Positions 1 to 12,835 of a stretch of DNA of 64,000 bases are shown here, piece after piece. Origin of the DNA: Heterodontus francisci (lineage: Eukaryota). The translations under genes were made by a program, and so were the position numbers. The stretch covers positions 12,754,062 through 12,818,061 of the forward strand of contig NC_090410.1 in NCBI RefSeq assembly GCF_036365525.1, read 5' to 3'. The notes under the pieces were generated by a model. It worked only from the letters and a program-made list of their open reading frames with translations. It was not told the origin of the DNA and did not search any database. The first letter of the stretch is position 1. Each line of letters begins with the position of its first letter.

Positions 1-280
1 CTGTGTGGAGTTTGCAAGTTCTCCCTGTGTCTGCGTGGGTTTCCTCCGGGTGCTCCGGTTTCCTCCCACATGTCAAAGACTTGCAGGTTGATAGGTAAAT
101 TGGCCAGTAGCAATTGCCCCTAGTATAGGTAGGTGGTAGGGAAATATAGGGACAGGTGGGGATGTGGTAGGAATATGGAATTAGTGTAGGATTAGTATAG
201 ATGGGTGGTTGATGGTCGGCACAGACTCGGTGGGCCGAAGGGCCTGTTTCAGTGCTGTATCTCTAAACTAAACTAAACTA
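1..280 (+). mobile_element. HE1-like V-SINE, 5' end cut by window edge
   Basis: V-domain core GCGTGGGTTTCCTCCGGGTGCTCCGGTTTCCTCCCAC; CR1-like tail GGGCCGAAGGGCCTGTTTCAGTGCTGTATCT ending in (CTAAA)n; near-identical copies elsewhere in the window. Confidence 0.85.
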
Positions 281-295
281 CTTTAGAAACCTGAC

Positions 296-1170
296 ATCAA
301 CATAAAACACTCCCAGGGCAGGTACAGCACAGACTTAGGTGTTGATTTATCTGGTTTTAATAAAGTTATTTTAAAACTGTAAATATGTATATAAAGGGGG
401 CCTGAGGAATAAAGGCCCCCTCAACGTGAAAAATATAAAAGGGGCCTGGGGTATAAAGGTCACCTAAAAACAAACAGACTTAGGTACAGAATAAAGTTGT
501 CTCTACACTGTCCCCATCAAACACTCCCAGGAGTGGTACAGCCCAGGTTTGATAGAGTAAAGCTCTCTCTACACGGTCACCCATCGAAAAAAAACGGGGA
601 AAAAACGGGGTTAGATACAGAGTAAAACTCCCTCTACACTGTCCCCCATCGAGAAAAAAAAGGGTAGGTACAGAGTAAAGCTCCCTCTACACTGTCCCCC
701 ATAGAAAAAAAATGAAAAAAAACGGGGTTAGATACAGAGTAAAGCTCCCTCTACACTGTCCCCCATCAAACACACCCAAGGCAGGTACAGCACGGGGTTA
801 GATACAGAGTAAAGTTCCCTCTACACTGTCCCCCATCAAACACACCCAAGGCAGGTACAGCACGGGGTTAGATACGGCGTAAAGTTCCCTCTACACTGTC
901 CCCATCAAACACACCCAAGGCAGGTACAGCACACGGTTAGATACAGAGTAAAGCTCCCTCTACAGAAAAAAAAGAAAAAAAGAAAAAAAAAACGGGGTTA
1001 GATACGGAGTAATATTCCCTCTACACTGTTCCCCATCAAACACACCCAAGGCAGGTACAGCACGGGGTTAGATACAGAGTAAAGCTCCCTCTACACTGTC
1101 CATCGGGAAAAAAACGAAAAAAAAACGGGGTTACATACAGAGTAAAGCTCCTTCTACACAGCCCCATATA
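296..1170 (+). repeat. Tandem array of a ~70-bp unit (CACTGTCCCCCATCAAACACACCCAAGGCAGGTACAGCACGGGGTTAGATACAGAGTAAAGCTCCCTCTA), partly A-tract substituted
   Basis: CTACACTGTC recurs at 751, 821 and 891 (period 70); degenerate units on both sides. Confidence 0.9.
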
Positions 1171-3569
1171 CCGCAGGCAAAAGCTATATACCACAGGCCC
1201 ACCTAGAACACCCCCCCATCCCCAAAAAAAAACAGGTTAGGGACACTGTTCCAGAAATCTGTCTCAACCCGGCAACCTCAAATGAAGCATCTGTCCATTT
1301 CATACACTAGCTATCTTCAAGTGCTAGTTTGGAGACCTATCTGGATAGAAACAGGCAATTTTATTCTGCCGACACCAATTAAGGGGTGAGTGGCAAATGC
1401 CCCAGACTCACCACAAAGTCTCGTCAGTCATCAGCAAGAAAAGCCTTCTGCCGATGAGTCTGCAGTGGACTAGATTGTAATCCACCGATTGAAAAAGTCC
1501 ACAGGCTTTGGAAACGCAATCTGGAGATGCCAGGAACAGCCCACATGTAAAACTCTCTCCCCGTTTTATTTTCCAAAGCACATTGATAAATATTGTATCG
1601 CTTTCCCTAGAAACACTCATTTTTCTTTCCAATCCCACAACAATTTAGGACGTACAGTCAGCACATTTCAAGTCTTTATAAACTGCGGTTTGGAAATGGC
1701 GTTCAACGTCTGCTCTCTGACTCCAGAAGCATCAGCCATTATCCACCACATCACCAAAACGTTCCCAGTTTTGAGCTGGATCCCTTAAGCCAGGTTTTTT
1801 TTTTTAAATATTACCAGATCAGCCCTGGCATTGCTCAGTGAGTTACAGGTTACCTTATATAACAAATGGAGGAGTTACCAAGATTACAGGGAAAGCGTTA
1901 CAGTGAATAGCTGGGACAGATAGAGGAAGTCTGACAGGGAAAGCATCACAGAACAAAGTTGTGACAGTTACAGGAAGTGTGAAGCCATGCAGACAAATAT
2001 TATGCATAACACAGATTTCAAAATATTATAGGTAGCTGGAGAAACTCAAGTCATGGGGCCAAGGCCCGAGTGCAAAGTAGCACCAAGGTAAAAATAAGCG
2101 AAAGACATGATATTAACTACTTGCAATTTATACGCCATTAATATATTAATATGCCCCAAGGTGCTTCATAGGAGTGTAATCAGAAAAACTGAAACCAAGC
2201 CTAAGAAGGAGATATTAGGACAGATATTCATAGGCTTAATCAAAGAGATAGGTTTTAAAGAGCATTTTAAATAAGGAAATGAGGCCAAGAGGTTAAGGGA
2301 GGTATTGGTAATTAAATGGAACCAAAGTTGGGTTTGAAAAGCCTGTTGATTTCAAGAGGAGCAGGTGAAAGGATGCACAGTTTTAAGTTTGAGATGAATG
2401 AATTTGAGGAGAGTGTACAAGGAACCTCCAGTTCAACACAGGATGCAAGGAGAAGCACCAGTCTGTAGGTCAGAGGAAGGAGGTGTAGGATGCAGGAATA
2501 GAAGGCGATGGCTAGTTTTATTAAATACATTCTCCAGAAATAGTATCCAGAAAGCCAGCAGCTAAAACTGTAAATGGAGTTCGACACTCACTTTGAAACT
2601 CCGCCCCCCCCCACCAGTGCCATCATTGCGTCCCTCCGTGTTTAGCTGATACAACTGCTGATATCAAAGAATTGCAGGGCACACAGCTGCTGTGCTGCCC
2701 TGTGCACCATTTGCACTTTGTGCGGGTAGAAACTGATGCTGGGAAAAATAAAACAGAAAACTGAAAATGCTGGGAAAAAAAACACAGCAGATTCGCCAGA
2801 ATCAGAGAGAGAAAAAACAACTTAATTCACAGGGCGACCCTTCTACAAGGCTCCACTCACGAGGGAAGGGTCCCATTACAGGGATAACCAAAGCAAAAAA
2901 AAAAGTTGGAAACTTCAGGGTATAACTCAAGAGCTGTAACAATTCACAGTGCACTACAAACAAGGACTGTAATAGCTCACAGCCCTCGGTATGCAATAAA
3001 AAGACAGCATTCTTGTGCCCGGTACATGAAGGACGTTACAATCATTGCAAAGGGAGTCACAGAATTTATCCACGTTGCTTCCTTGATGAAACACGGAGAT
3101 GGGAATGGGAATTCTGAAGAGTTGTGGAATCTAAAATCCATCTGCAGCCCCAGTACTGCTGCAAATAGAGACAGCAACGAAGGTGAAGTTATACAATCAG
3201 GTGTTCGGTCACTGCAACCTCCTCAAATTATTTGACCCAAATATTTAATACTTCTTTTCTGCAAGTGTTGTATTTGGAAGGAGTATGTTAATAGAGAGCG
3301 AGGGTGTGGAATCCAGGTTCATGTTTTCTATGTTCTATAAGGCTTTTGGATAGGTATATGGATAAAGGAGAATGATGGGGTATAGATTAAATTGTCCTTG
3401 ACAGAGGACAAAGGATCGGCACAACATTGTGGGCCGAAGGGCCTGTTCTGTGCTGTATGTTCTATGTTCTATGTTCATGGTGTGTGACTGACCCCTAGTG
3501 TGCGATAGGACTTGCTGCATCAGATCTCTCTGATCCCAGACAGAAACATAGGGTAAATCCTGACTTGAT

Positions 3570-4143
3570 CACAGAATTGTTACAGTGCGGGAGGCCGCCA
3601 GTCGGCCCATCATGTCCGCACTGGCTCTCAAAAAGCAACTCCCTCAGTTCCGTTCCCCTGCCTTCGCCCCATAACCCTGCACATTCTTCCTTTTCATATA
3701 ATTGTTTAATTCCCTTTTGAACGCTGCAATTGAACCTGCCTCCACCACTCTCAGGCAGTGGATTCCAGATCTTAACCACTTGCTGCGTGAAAAAGATGTT
3801 CCTCGTGTCACTTTTGCTTCTTACCAAATACTTTAAATTTGTGCCCTCTGGTTTGCGATCCTTTCACGAGTGGGAACAGTTTCTCGCTACCTACTCTGTC
3901 CAGACCCCTCATGATTTTGAATACCTCTATCAAATCACCTCTCAGCCTTCTTTTCAAGGAAAACAGTCCTAACTTCTTCAATCTATCTTCATAACTGAAG
4001 TTCCTCATCCCTGGAACCATCCTCGTGAATCTTTTCTGTACTCTCTCCAATGCCCTCACGTCTTTCCTAAAGTGTGGCTCCCAGAACTGGACACAGTACT
4101 CCAGCTGAGACCAAACTAGTATTTTATACAAGTTCAACTTAAC
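3570..4143 (-). mobile_element. CR1 LINE 3' fragment
   Basis: Minus-strand translation LEYCVQFWEPHFRKDVRALERVQKRFTRMVPG...RRLRGDLIEVFKIMRG, typical of the CR1 ORF2 C-terminus, followed by a CR1 3' tail. Confidence 0.9.
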
Positions 4144-4555
4144 TTGCAAAAGCGTCTCACGGGTGATCGCGAATCGACTCGAATGGAAGTAAAAACAGGG
4201 AGAGATGTAAAGCGGGCTGCCGACTATCACCAGTTTAACACCATCAGACAGAGTCAAGTTCTCCCAAAGCAGATACAACACAGGTTAGATACAGAGTACA
4301 GCTCCCTCCACACAATATTCTGGCGTTAGCACAGCCTGCTGCATCTCTGATGATTTTCCATTGCTGGGAGTGAAGGTGCTAATTGGTGCTGAGTTAGAAG
4401 TAGTTTTGTGCTGCAGACCTGGAACTGAGCAAGGTGACATCAAACGTGCTGCAGTGTTTACCAGCACAGTGAGACTTTCAATCCATCAGTCTGAGATGTA
4501 TTTCAAGAGCAGTTTTTTAAAAAAACAAAATACTTTAATAATGACTCAGTATTGA

Positions 4556-4561
4556 TTTATT
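4556..4561 (-). terminator. Candidate B9D2 polyadenylation signal (AATAAA)
   Basis: TTTATT on + strand about 1.4 kb past the B9D2 stop, at the end of a non-repetitive stretch; an ATTAAA near 5817-5822 is an alternative. Confidence 0.4.
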
Positions 4562-5938
4562 CAGTTGTATACAATACTCACTGCAAAGCTAACATGTTAA
4601 TACAACAATCTACATGGAGTAACATATTTCTGTTCACTAACACTTTAATAGCATCGTATATGGACCATTTTGTTGTACAGACCAGTCACATTTGAAGACA
4701 GTGGTCTGGTGCTGGTTTCATTAAGGGAGCAGAGTGCAGATAGGAGGGAGTAAGCATACAGGAGAGAGCACAGTGCAGACAGCAGTGATAGAGAACGTGA
4801 TCACTCCAAACATGCTGCAAATATTAAAATCAGTGCAGCCGAGACAGACCCTCCAGACTTTACTGTGTAGCAGATAATCTAACATAATTAGTGAATTTTC
4901 AAAATTAGACCTGGAGATTGTTCTTGACTTTATGTAGAACAAGTGATAGCAAATCTACCGCCCATTGTACATCTGTCCCCATTTTTACTTCCATTGCAGT
5001 CAGGTCCACAGAAACTGTCTCTCACTGGGGTACAGGTCCACTTGGGCTGGGACCGCAACAGTACCCCACCCAAATGGGCATTCACCAGCTGTGCGAGTGT
5101 GGATAGTGAGCGTCGGTTATTCAGTCATGGGGGAGCCTCACTATCACGTCACAAAAGTCACTGGAGAAATCAAGATTTTAAACAACCAGCTTTCATGGTT
5201 CCTGAGCAGAACCATCAAACCTTCTATAATACAACCCTGATACGATCAAACCCACAACCTTTGAATGCCTCCATTGTCTTTGCTTAGAAGCCAATAAGCC
5301 ACAGAGGCAGCTATTGGTGACTAGGAGAGGAAACATTAGCCAGTTTCCCTCCACCCACTTCAACCAACCCAGGGGCCAAGTGTAGCATCCAGGCTTCTGC
5401 CCCACCCGTTATGAGAAACCGAACAAAGATCAGTCATCGAGCCTGCGACATTCTGGTCTGCGCCGCTCAGTGTCGTGCCCCGCAGGGACAAACAGATCAT
5501 TGCTCAGACACATTCAGGGAATTCAGTCTTCACCATCACTGCACAGATATTAAAATGACACCCGCCCAATTCAAAAAACTTCATTTTCTACAGCATTGAA
5601 CATGCCCAGCGGGAAAATCACCAATACAACAGTACCATGGAAATCATCAGGACGTATTAACAACTGGTGTCACACTGGTAACGTATGCAGAAGATTACAC
5701 AGAATCATTGCAGACCTGTCAAGGGCCATTATAAGCTCAACCATTGCAGAGTCCTGGTAGCAGAGACTGAGCTGGAATCCATGTGAAGCAGACAGGCCAT
5801 GCGACAGGATCTTGGATTTAATAAAACCATCTCGTGTGTAATCCGATGCAATAGAAATGTCTGGAAGAGGCAAGGAGAATGCCGGAGAAAGTGCGTAGGG
5901 TTGTAACAAAGCCTCTCCCTACCCCCAAACCCCTACGT

Positions 5939-6252
5939 TCAGTACTCTACCCCGTATCGGTCAAAGTTGCGGAGAATGATGCTGAGCTGCAGGTGGACCT
6001 TGCCCATGGCTACTGTTTGGAGCCGATAGCGGTCAGCGCCGGTGTAAATCAGGTCACAGTGTTTCAGCTGGGGCCCGCCACCTACAAACATCTGAGACAG
6101 CTGCTCCTGCCAAGTGCCTAGGGGCCGCCAGGTGGCGCAGTGCATCTCGTGAGTCCCCGGGCTGCTGGGGATGTGGCAGAAACCGTAGCCGTACAGTTCA
6201 TTCCTGCCGAAGGAGTCCTGGTGCCAGACCTGCAGGTAAAGTTTGGGCCAGC
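5939..6252 (-). CDS. B9D2: B9 domain-containing protein 2, last coding exon
   Basis: Acceptor ccag|GC; encodes (G)[34 protein letters not shown]...[11 protein letters not shown], matching the recalled B9D2/MKS10 C-terminus; 314 nt. Confidence 0.97.
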
Positions 6253-6493
6253 CTGGAGCAGAAGATAGGGATAAAACGAGTTTAGTTTGCTGGTCAAGGC
6301 AAGACTTTTTGTTGTTGCCGTCGTGTGACTTCCCATCCCATCCCGAAGACACTCTTGCCAAGATACGATCCCACAGGTACTGGGCACCTCCCTCCTCCCT
6401 ATACCCATTCTTAAATGAGAATATCATCAAGCTATTCAACCACAATAGGGAGCACCGCAGGCAAACAACAGTCCTGTGCTCACCCTACCTTTA

Positions 6494-6922
6494 AGAACAC
6501 AAGAAATAGAGTAGGAGTAGGCCAAGCAGCACCTCAAGCCTGCTCCGTCATTCAATACGATCAGAGCTGAACTTCTGCATCAACTCTACTTTTCCCCCAC
6601 GATCCTCATATTCCTCAATTCTCTGAGTGCCCAATGTATATTCAAGACAGAGATTGATAGATTTATAAACTGAGCATCCACAACTCTCCGGGGTAGAGAA
6701 TTCCAAAGAGTCACAAGTCTCTGAGTGAAGATATTTCTCCGCATCTCAGTCCTAAATGGCTGACCTCCTATCCTGAGACTATGACTCTAGTTCTGAACTC
6801 TCCAGCCAGGGGGGAAACAACCTCTCAGCATCTACCCTGTCAAACTCTCTAAGAAATTTATATATTTTAATGAGATCACCTCTCATTCTTCTAAACTCCA
6901 GAGAATGTAGGCCCATTTGACT
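6494..6922 (-). mobile_element. CR1 LINE 3' fragment in B9D2 intron 3
   Basis: Reverse complement of CR1 3' end (AGAAGAATGAGAGGTGATCTCATT...CCTACTCCTACTC tail). Confidence 0.8.
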
Positions 6923-9084
6923 CCTTATTTCAGCAGAGAATAAATAGGATAGTGATCAGGAGCACAAACCCGAGCTGATATTCTAACCCAGGGCATTGAG
7001 GCCAGTTGTAGCAGGCCCCAATCAACAAAACCCCGGCCGAGATGGGCTACCTGGGCACAGAATGGGATCGGAATTTGGGGAGGAAGGGGAGTCTTCTGCA
7101 CCTGTGTGGCTCGCCAACTCAGCAAATAAACCCACACAGCCAGCAGCCGTGCCAAATCCTTGAAAATGAAGGGAGAGAAATAATGGAAATTGAAGAGAAA
7201 CAGAACGAGAAGGTTACTGAAAGCAGGAGGTGGGTAAGACAGACTGTGCAAAGCCAGGGCTACAACATGGAACACAAAGTGCTGGACTCTCACAGCAGGA
7301 CAGTCAGCATCTGAAAGAAACATTATCTCTTCAGACGGGACCCTTCACCGGAACAGTAAGTATCATGTGGCTTTCTACTCTAAGAACCCCAGTTTGATCA
7401 GATCCCAACAGATGACGGTCGGTAACCGGAGAACACTGATTTTAAATAAATTGGCACCAAAGCTAGTGTGGGGGGTATCAAATTTTTTATTTTTTTTACT
7501 CAGTGAGCTTTTATGATCTGTGCTGCCCAAAAGGGCAGCTGAAGCAGATTCAAAGTAAATTTCAAAAGGAAATTGAATAACTATTTAAAAAGGAAAAATT
7601 TGCAGGGCTATGGGGGGGGGGGGGGGGGGGGTAGGGCAGGGGAGTGGGACTAATTGGATAGATCTTTCAAAGAACCAGCACATGCAAGATGGGCCGAATG
7701 GCTTCCTTCTGTGCTGTAAGATTCCATGTGACACCTGCAACATTATCTGTTTCTATTCATTCCTCTGCAGTTTTCCTTCTCAAACTGCAGGCACTGTTTC
7801 TCCACCTCCGATAACAGCTTCGACTCGATACAGTTACAAGAACAAAGACCTGAACTTCAAAGTTCAAGACTCCGTAAAAGCCTCTCTTGTTTTTTTTAAA
7901 ATTAATTTTCTTTTTGTCTATTCTGTGCTGCCAGAATTCGAAACAAAAGAGTGCCGATAATTGCGAACTTTCTCTCAGGCGTTTCTGAACAAAATACAAG
8001 AACCCATTAATCTCCGTACAATTATATAAGGTAACCAGTTTAATTGAACCTGCTGTCTTGTCACCCCTTCCTGTTTGCAACACTGAACCAACAAATGATG
8101 GAGCAACACATAAATCTTGAAGCAGTCTGTTGAAATCAATGTCGCTTTGTAGTTAAAATTTGTGAATTCGTTTAGTCGTCTTATTGGTTTATATAACACA
8201 AAGTGCTCAATATACTTGGGCCTATTCAAGACCGAGGCCGATAGATTTTTGGCCACGAAGGGAATCAAGGGATATGGGGATAAAGTGAGAAAGTGAAATC
8301 AATGTAGAAGATCAGCCATGATTTTATAGAATAATGCAGCAGGCTCAAGCAGCCATAAAACCTACTCCGTTTCTCAATGCAGTAATTGTGGCTTATTTTT
8401 TAAACCTTAAGTGTTTTGCGTCAAACTTCACACCCACACGTATCAACCAGCCTTTAAGCCGCTGATTTCACACACTGGGCACAGTCCAGCTTTATGTTGG
8501 CTGCAGGGACATACAACAAAAGTGTACCGATGCTCAGAACACTGAGCAGTACCCGCCTTGGCTTAGTGGTAGCACTTTCACCTTGGATCAGAAGGTTGTG
8601 GGTTCAAGTCCAACTCCCGGAACACAAGTGCACATCTGGGCTACCATAATCTAGCATGTATGTGGAACTGACTACAGATACAAAACAAAGCCAACAAGTT
8701 AGATTCAGGGTTATTCAAAATGAAGGAAGGGAATAGCAGGTAAGGATGACAGGTCAGTGGACCAGTTGCAGGTTTACAACAATGGTTACCCTTGTAATCA
8801 CTTTTACTGGTACCAGCTTTTTAAGTCCATTCACAGGCCATCACACAACTGGAATCCTTTAGGCTTTACAGAAGGTGAACTGAAATACTTGGTATCTTTG
8901 GTAAATGACAGGAACAATGTGAAGGGGCCTATAATGCCTCATCTCCAACACCTTTCCACTGTTGCTCAGCTGGTCGGCACTGCTGTCGCATGACTCCATT
9001 CTTATCCATCTCATCGTAGCCAGAGTATCACTTGCAATGGCTTCTCTTCCTGCTCCCACATCATTACACTGGTGACCCCAATGA

Positions 9085-10108
9085 TCTAACCTTAGGGCTC
9101 CTATTTCTCACTACACGCTGCCCTTTGGTGACATCGTTCGAAAGCACAGCATTAGTTTTCGCATGTGCACTGGCAACACCCAGCTTTACCTCACCACCAC
9201 CTCGCAACTCCTCCACTGTTGCTCACTTATCAGACTGCTTATCCGAAATCCAGTACTGGAAGAGCAGAAAGTTCTTCCAATTAAATATTGGAAAGACTGA
9301 AGCCATTGTTTTCAGTCCCCGCTCCAAACTCCGTTCCCTAGCTACCAACTCCATCCCTCTCCCTGGCAACTGTGAGACAAAACCAGACTGTTCGCTTTTA
9401 GCTGTCGTATTTCCGTATGTTGCTCCCAAGATGAGATTCCGACCACATATTTTTGCTCTCACTAAGACCGCCTATTTAACATTGCCAGACTTCACCTCTG
9501 CTTCAGCTCATCTGCAGCTGAAACCCTCATTCTAGCCTTTGTTACCTCTAGACTTGACTATTCCAATGCACTCCTGGCTGGGCTCCCACATTCGACCCTC
9601 CATAAACTTGAGAGCATCTAAAACGCCCATGTCCTATCTCAGACCAAGTCTGTTCATCCATCACCCCCATGTTCACTGACCTACACTGTCTCCTAGTCAA
9701 GCAACGTCTTGATTTTAAAACTCTCATCCTTGTTTTCAAATCCCTCCGTGGCTTCTCCCCTCCCTATGTGTGTAATCTCCTACAGTCCCACAACCCTCCA
9801 AGATATCTGCGCTCATCTAATTGTGGCCTCTTGAGCAGCCCTAATTTTAATCACTCCACCTTTGGGGGCTGTGCCTTCAGTTGCCCGGGTCCTAAGCTCT
9901 GTAATTCCCTCCCTAAACCTGTCCGCCTCACTACCTCACTTTCCTCCTTTAAGACATTCCTTAAAAACTTCCTCTTTGACCAAGCTTTCGGTCATCTGAC
10001 CCAACATCTCCTTGTGTGGCTGGGTGTCGTATATGTTTTATATTGTTCTTGAGAAGTGCCTTGGGACATTTATTACTTTAAAGACGCTATCTAAATACAA
10101 GTTGCTGT
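9085..10108 (+). mobile_element. L2-type LINE 3' fragment
   Basis: Remnants DCLSEIQYW...FQLNIGKTEAIVF and SRLDYSNALLAG, LHCLLVKQRLDFK; 3' tail GGGACATTTATTAC...CGCTATCTAAATACAAGTTG. Confidence 0.8.
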
Positions 10109-10109
10109 T

Positions 10110-10612
10110 AATTTTGGGCATCACTTTAGGAAGGATGTCAAGGCCTTGGAGAGGGTGCAAAAGAGATTTACTAGAATGATACCAGGGATGTAGGACGTCA
10201 GTTATCTGGAGAGAGGAGAGAAGCCGGGACTGTTCTCCTTGCAGCAGAGGAGGTTAAGGGGAGATTTCATAGAGGTGTTCAAAATAATGAGAGGTTTTGA
10301 GTAAATAGGGAGAAACTGTTTCTATTGGCTGGAGAGTCGGCAACCAGAGGACACAGATTTTAGGCAATTGGCAAAAGAGCCAAAGGAGAGCTGAGGAGAT
10401 TTTTTTTTTTTAATGGTGTGTTAAGATGATCTGGAGTGTACTGTCTGAAATAGATTCAATAGTTAATTTTTAAAAGGATTGGATAAATACTTGAAACAGA
10501 AAGCACTTCTGAGGAACAGGGAAAGAGGAGGGGTGTTGGACTAATTGGATAGCTCTTTCAAAGTGCTGGCACAGGCATGATGGGCTGAGTGGCCTCCTTC
10601 TGCACTCTGATT
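10110..10612 (+). mobile_element. CR1 LINE 3' fragment
   Basis: CACTTTAGGAAGGATGTCAAGGCCTTGGAGAGGGTGCA...GGCCTCCTTCTGCACT. Confidence 0.8.
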
Positions 10613-10705
10613 TCATCCGACATCAGCTAACCCTGGAGAGAACTTATACCATTGGCAGGAGAAAGCATGCAGCTTGATGAAACTTTGAGTGCCCTTTATA
10701 CGTAC

Positions 10706-10831
10706 CTTGGAGGCCTTTGGTGGCATAGTGTACATCAATAGGATGCGACCAGTAAGTCATCTCATTGATTACTGGGTTGTCCACTTGCGTTTGCCCTTCC
10801 TGTAAACCGGAAAGCAGCTTCCAAGCACACC
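10706..10831 (-). CDS. B9D2: B9D2 second coding exon
   Basis: tgcag|GG...CAAG|gtacg; 126 nt, phase 1/1; (G)[41 protein letters not shown](G). Confidence 0.97.
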
Positions 10832-12106
10832 CTGCAGGCACAGGACAGGGAGAAGAAAGATTATAAATCCACTGCTCGGCTGTGATAACAAACATACTGT
10901 AAGCATAGGGACTGCTGAGTAATAAAAGACCATGGTTATTTAGTTTGCCTTTTACCATCCTGACTGTAGCATGATACGACGATAATGGAAGGTTGACTAA
11001 TCATGGCAATCGATCTCTATCAGTCTACAACAGACACAGATAGGATGCAAGGAAAAACCCCCAGTGGTAGACAGCTATTCCTCCCAAGCATGCTACTGTT
11101 ACCACCTACGATATCCCAAAATGTTATTTTCTCAGAAAACCTCTCTGATTTTCACTTGAATCAATTCCGACTGCTTCCATCATCTCCCTAGGAAGCCTGT
11201 CTCATAGACCGGCCAATCGCTGAAATAATTGCTTCTGAACATTTGTTTTAAATTTACCTCCTCGTCTAGAGCAGGCTGCAACTTCTGGTTCTATTTTCTG
11301 GACAAGATAAACAGCTCGTCATGGTTGACATTGTTTGGCCCCTTTGGAACCCTAAAAGCAGCAATTATATCACCTCTCAACCTTCTCTTTACTCGTGAGA
11401 ACATGCCCAAGCTACACTGGTGGCTGTAACTTCAGTAGCCAAGGCCCTAAGCTCTGGAATTCCCTCCCGAAACCTCCCACTCTCCTCCTTCAAGGCACTC
11501 CTTAAAACCTATCTCTTTGACCAAGCTTTTAGTCACCTGCCCTAATACATCTATTTTGCTTGGAGTCAAATTTTGTTTGACAGCAGTTCCTGTGAACCAT
11601 CTTGGGACATTTTGTTATGTTAAAGGCACTAGATAAATGGGAATTATTGTTGTTCAGCTTTGAAGTCTACCACCTTCACTAGCTTTGTATCATTTGTAAA
11701 TTTACCAATTGCGTTTGTGACCCCGAGTTACGGAAATCGGGGATGCACAAGAGGCCAGAACTGAAGAAGGGCAGAGGGTTGTAAGACTGGAGACGGTTAC
11801 AGAGATAGGGAGGAGTGAGGCCGTGAAGGGATTTGAAAACCAAGGATCATTTTAAATTCGACGTTTTGCTGCATTTGCTACATTATAACAGTGACTACAC
11901 TTCAAAAAGCGCTTTGTTGGCTGCAAAACATTTTGGGACATCCCGAGGATAAAAAGGACGTTATATAAATCCAGGTCTTGCTGATCGTCATTGAAGTATG
12001 ATAAGTGGGAGGAAGGATGCATTTTCTTCAAATCCTGCTTGTTGAAAGGTTGAACAGGGCTACTGCTAAAGAGTAGCACATCACCTACCCCAACCAAAGG
12101 CCTCAC

Positions 12107-12194
12107 CTGTCTGCAGTCCCCATTTACAGAATAGGCTGTGTTGGGGGAATCCGCTGGCTCCAACAATCTGTCCGATGATGTGCACCTCAGCCAT
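12107..12194 (-). CDS. B9D2: B9D2 first coding exon (exon starts at 12198 with 4 nt of 5'UTR)
   Basis: tgcag|GAGG-ATG; [29 protein letters not shown](G)|gtgagg; 88+126+314=528 nt = 175 aa plus stop; absent from the ORF track. Confidence 0.96.
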
Positions 12195-12574
12195 CCTCCT
12201 GCACAGAAATGATATTGGTCTTTGAATACATCTCACCCTCAGCCAGACACAGCACTGTGCAGAGCGATCACACTCCCCAACGTCACCTGTTTATGCCATT
12301 CTTCTGGCAAAACAATCTATAAATGGACTTCAGATAAAGCACCACAGCAAACCAGGGAAACATGCGCACAGATAAAACTGGCAAAAACAACAGAACACCA
12401 CACATTAACTTCCAAATTTTAAAAGGTAGTCATGGTGGGGTTGGCTCAAAAAGCCACAATACTGTCCTTTCATCGCTACCCCAAGGATTCCACGGCAGGC
12501 CAGCTGCAGGAACTCTCCTCCCCCCACCAGCTACAACAATCCTGTAAGAAATATTTTTGACTCACCCTTAACAG

Positions 12575-12835
12575 TCAGAGAACGGGTACAGCACAGAAGG
12601 CGGCCATTCAGCCTTTCACATCCGTGCCGGCGCTCTGCAAGAGCGACTCAGCCGGTCCCACTCCCCCATTCCTTTCCCTGCAGCCCTGCAAACCTTTTCT
12701 CTTCAGAGGGTTATCGAATTCCCTTTTGAAAGCCAAGATTGAATCTGCCTCCACCACACTCCCAGGCAGTGCATTCCAGATCCCAACCACTCACTGCTTA
12801 AACAGTTCTTCCTCACGTTGCTTTTGGTTTGTTGG
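12575..12835 (-). mobile_element. CR1 3' tail fragment
   Basis: Translation VGIWNALPGSVVEADSILAFKREFD plus CR1 tail. Confidence 0.75.

Noticed and set aside
296-1170. CRISPR-like repeat/spacer array
   Set aside because: Eukaryotic context, contiguous tandem units without unique spacers, no cas genes
1200-5900. TGFB1 coding exon expected from mammalian synteny
   Set aside because: No signal peptide or LSTCK/RIEAIRGQILSKL-type motif found in the ORF track or by eye
6253-6445. N-terminal part of the 168-aa ORF 5939..6445
   Set aside because: Intronic read-through upstream of the acceptor at 6253; B9D2 homology starts at 6252
8557-8620. tRNA-like sequences (also heads at 20309, 27802, 45628 and 57727)
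   Set aside because: A/B boxes of SINE heads; no complete cloverleaf
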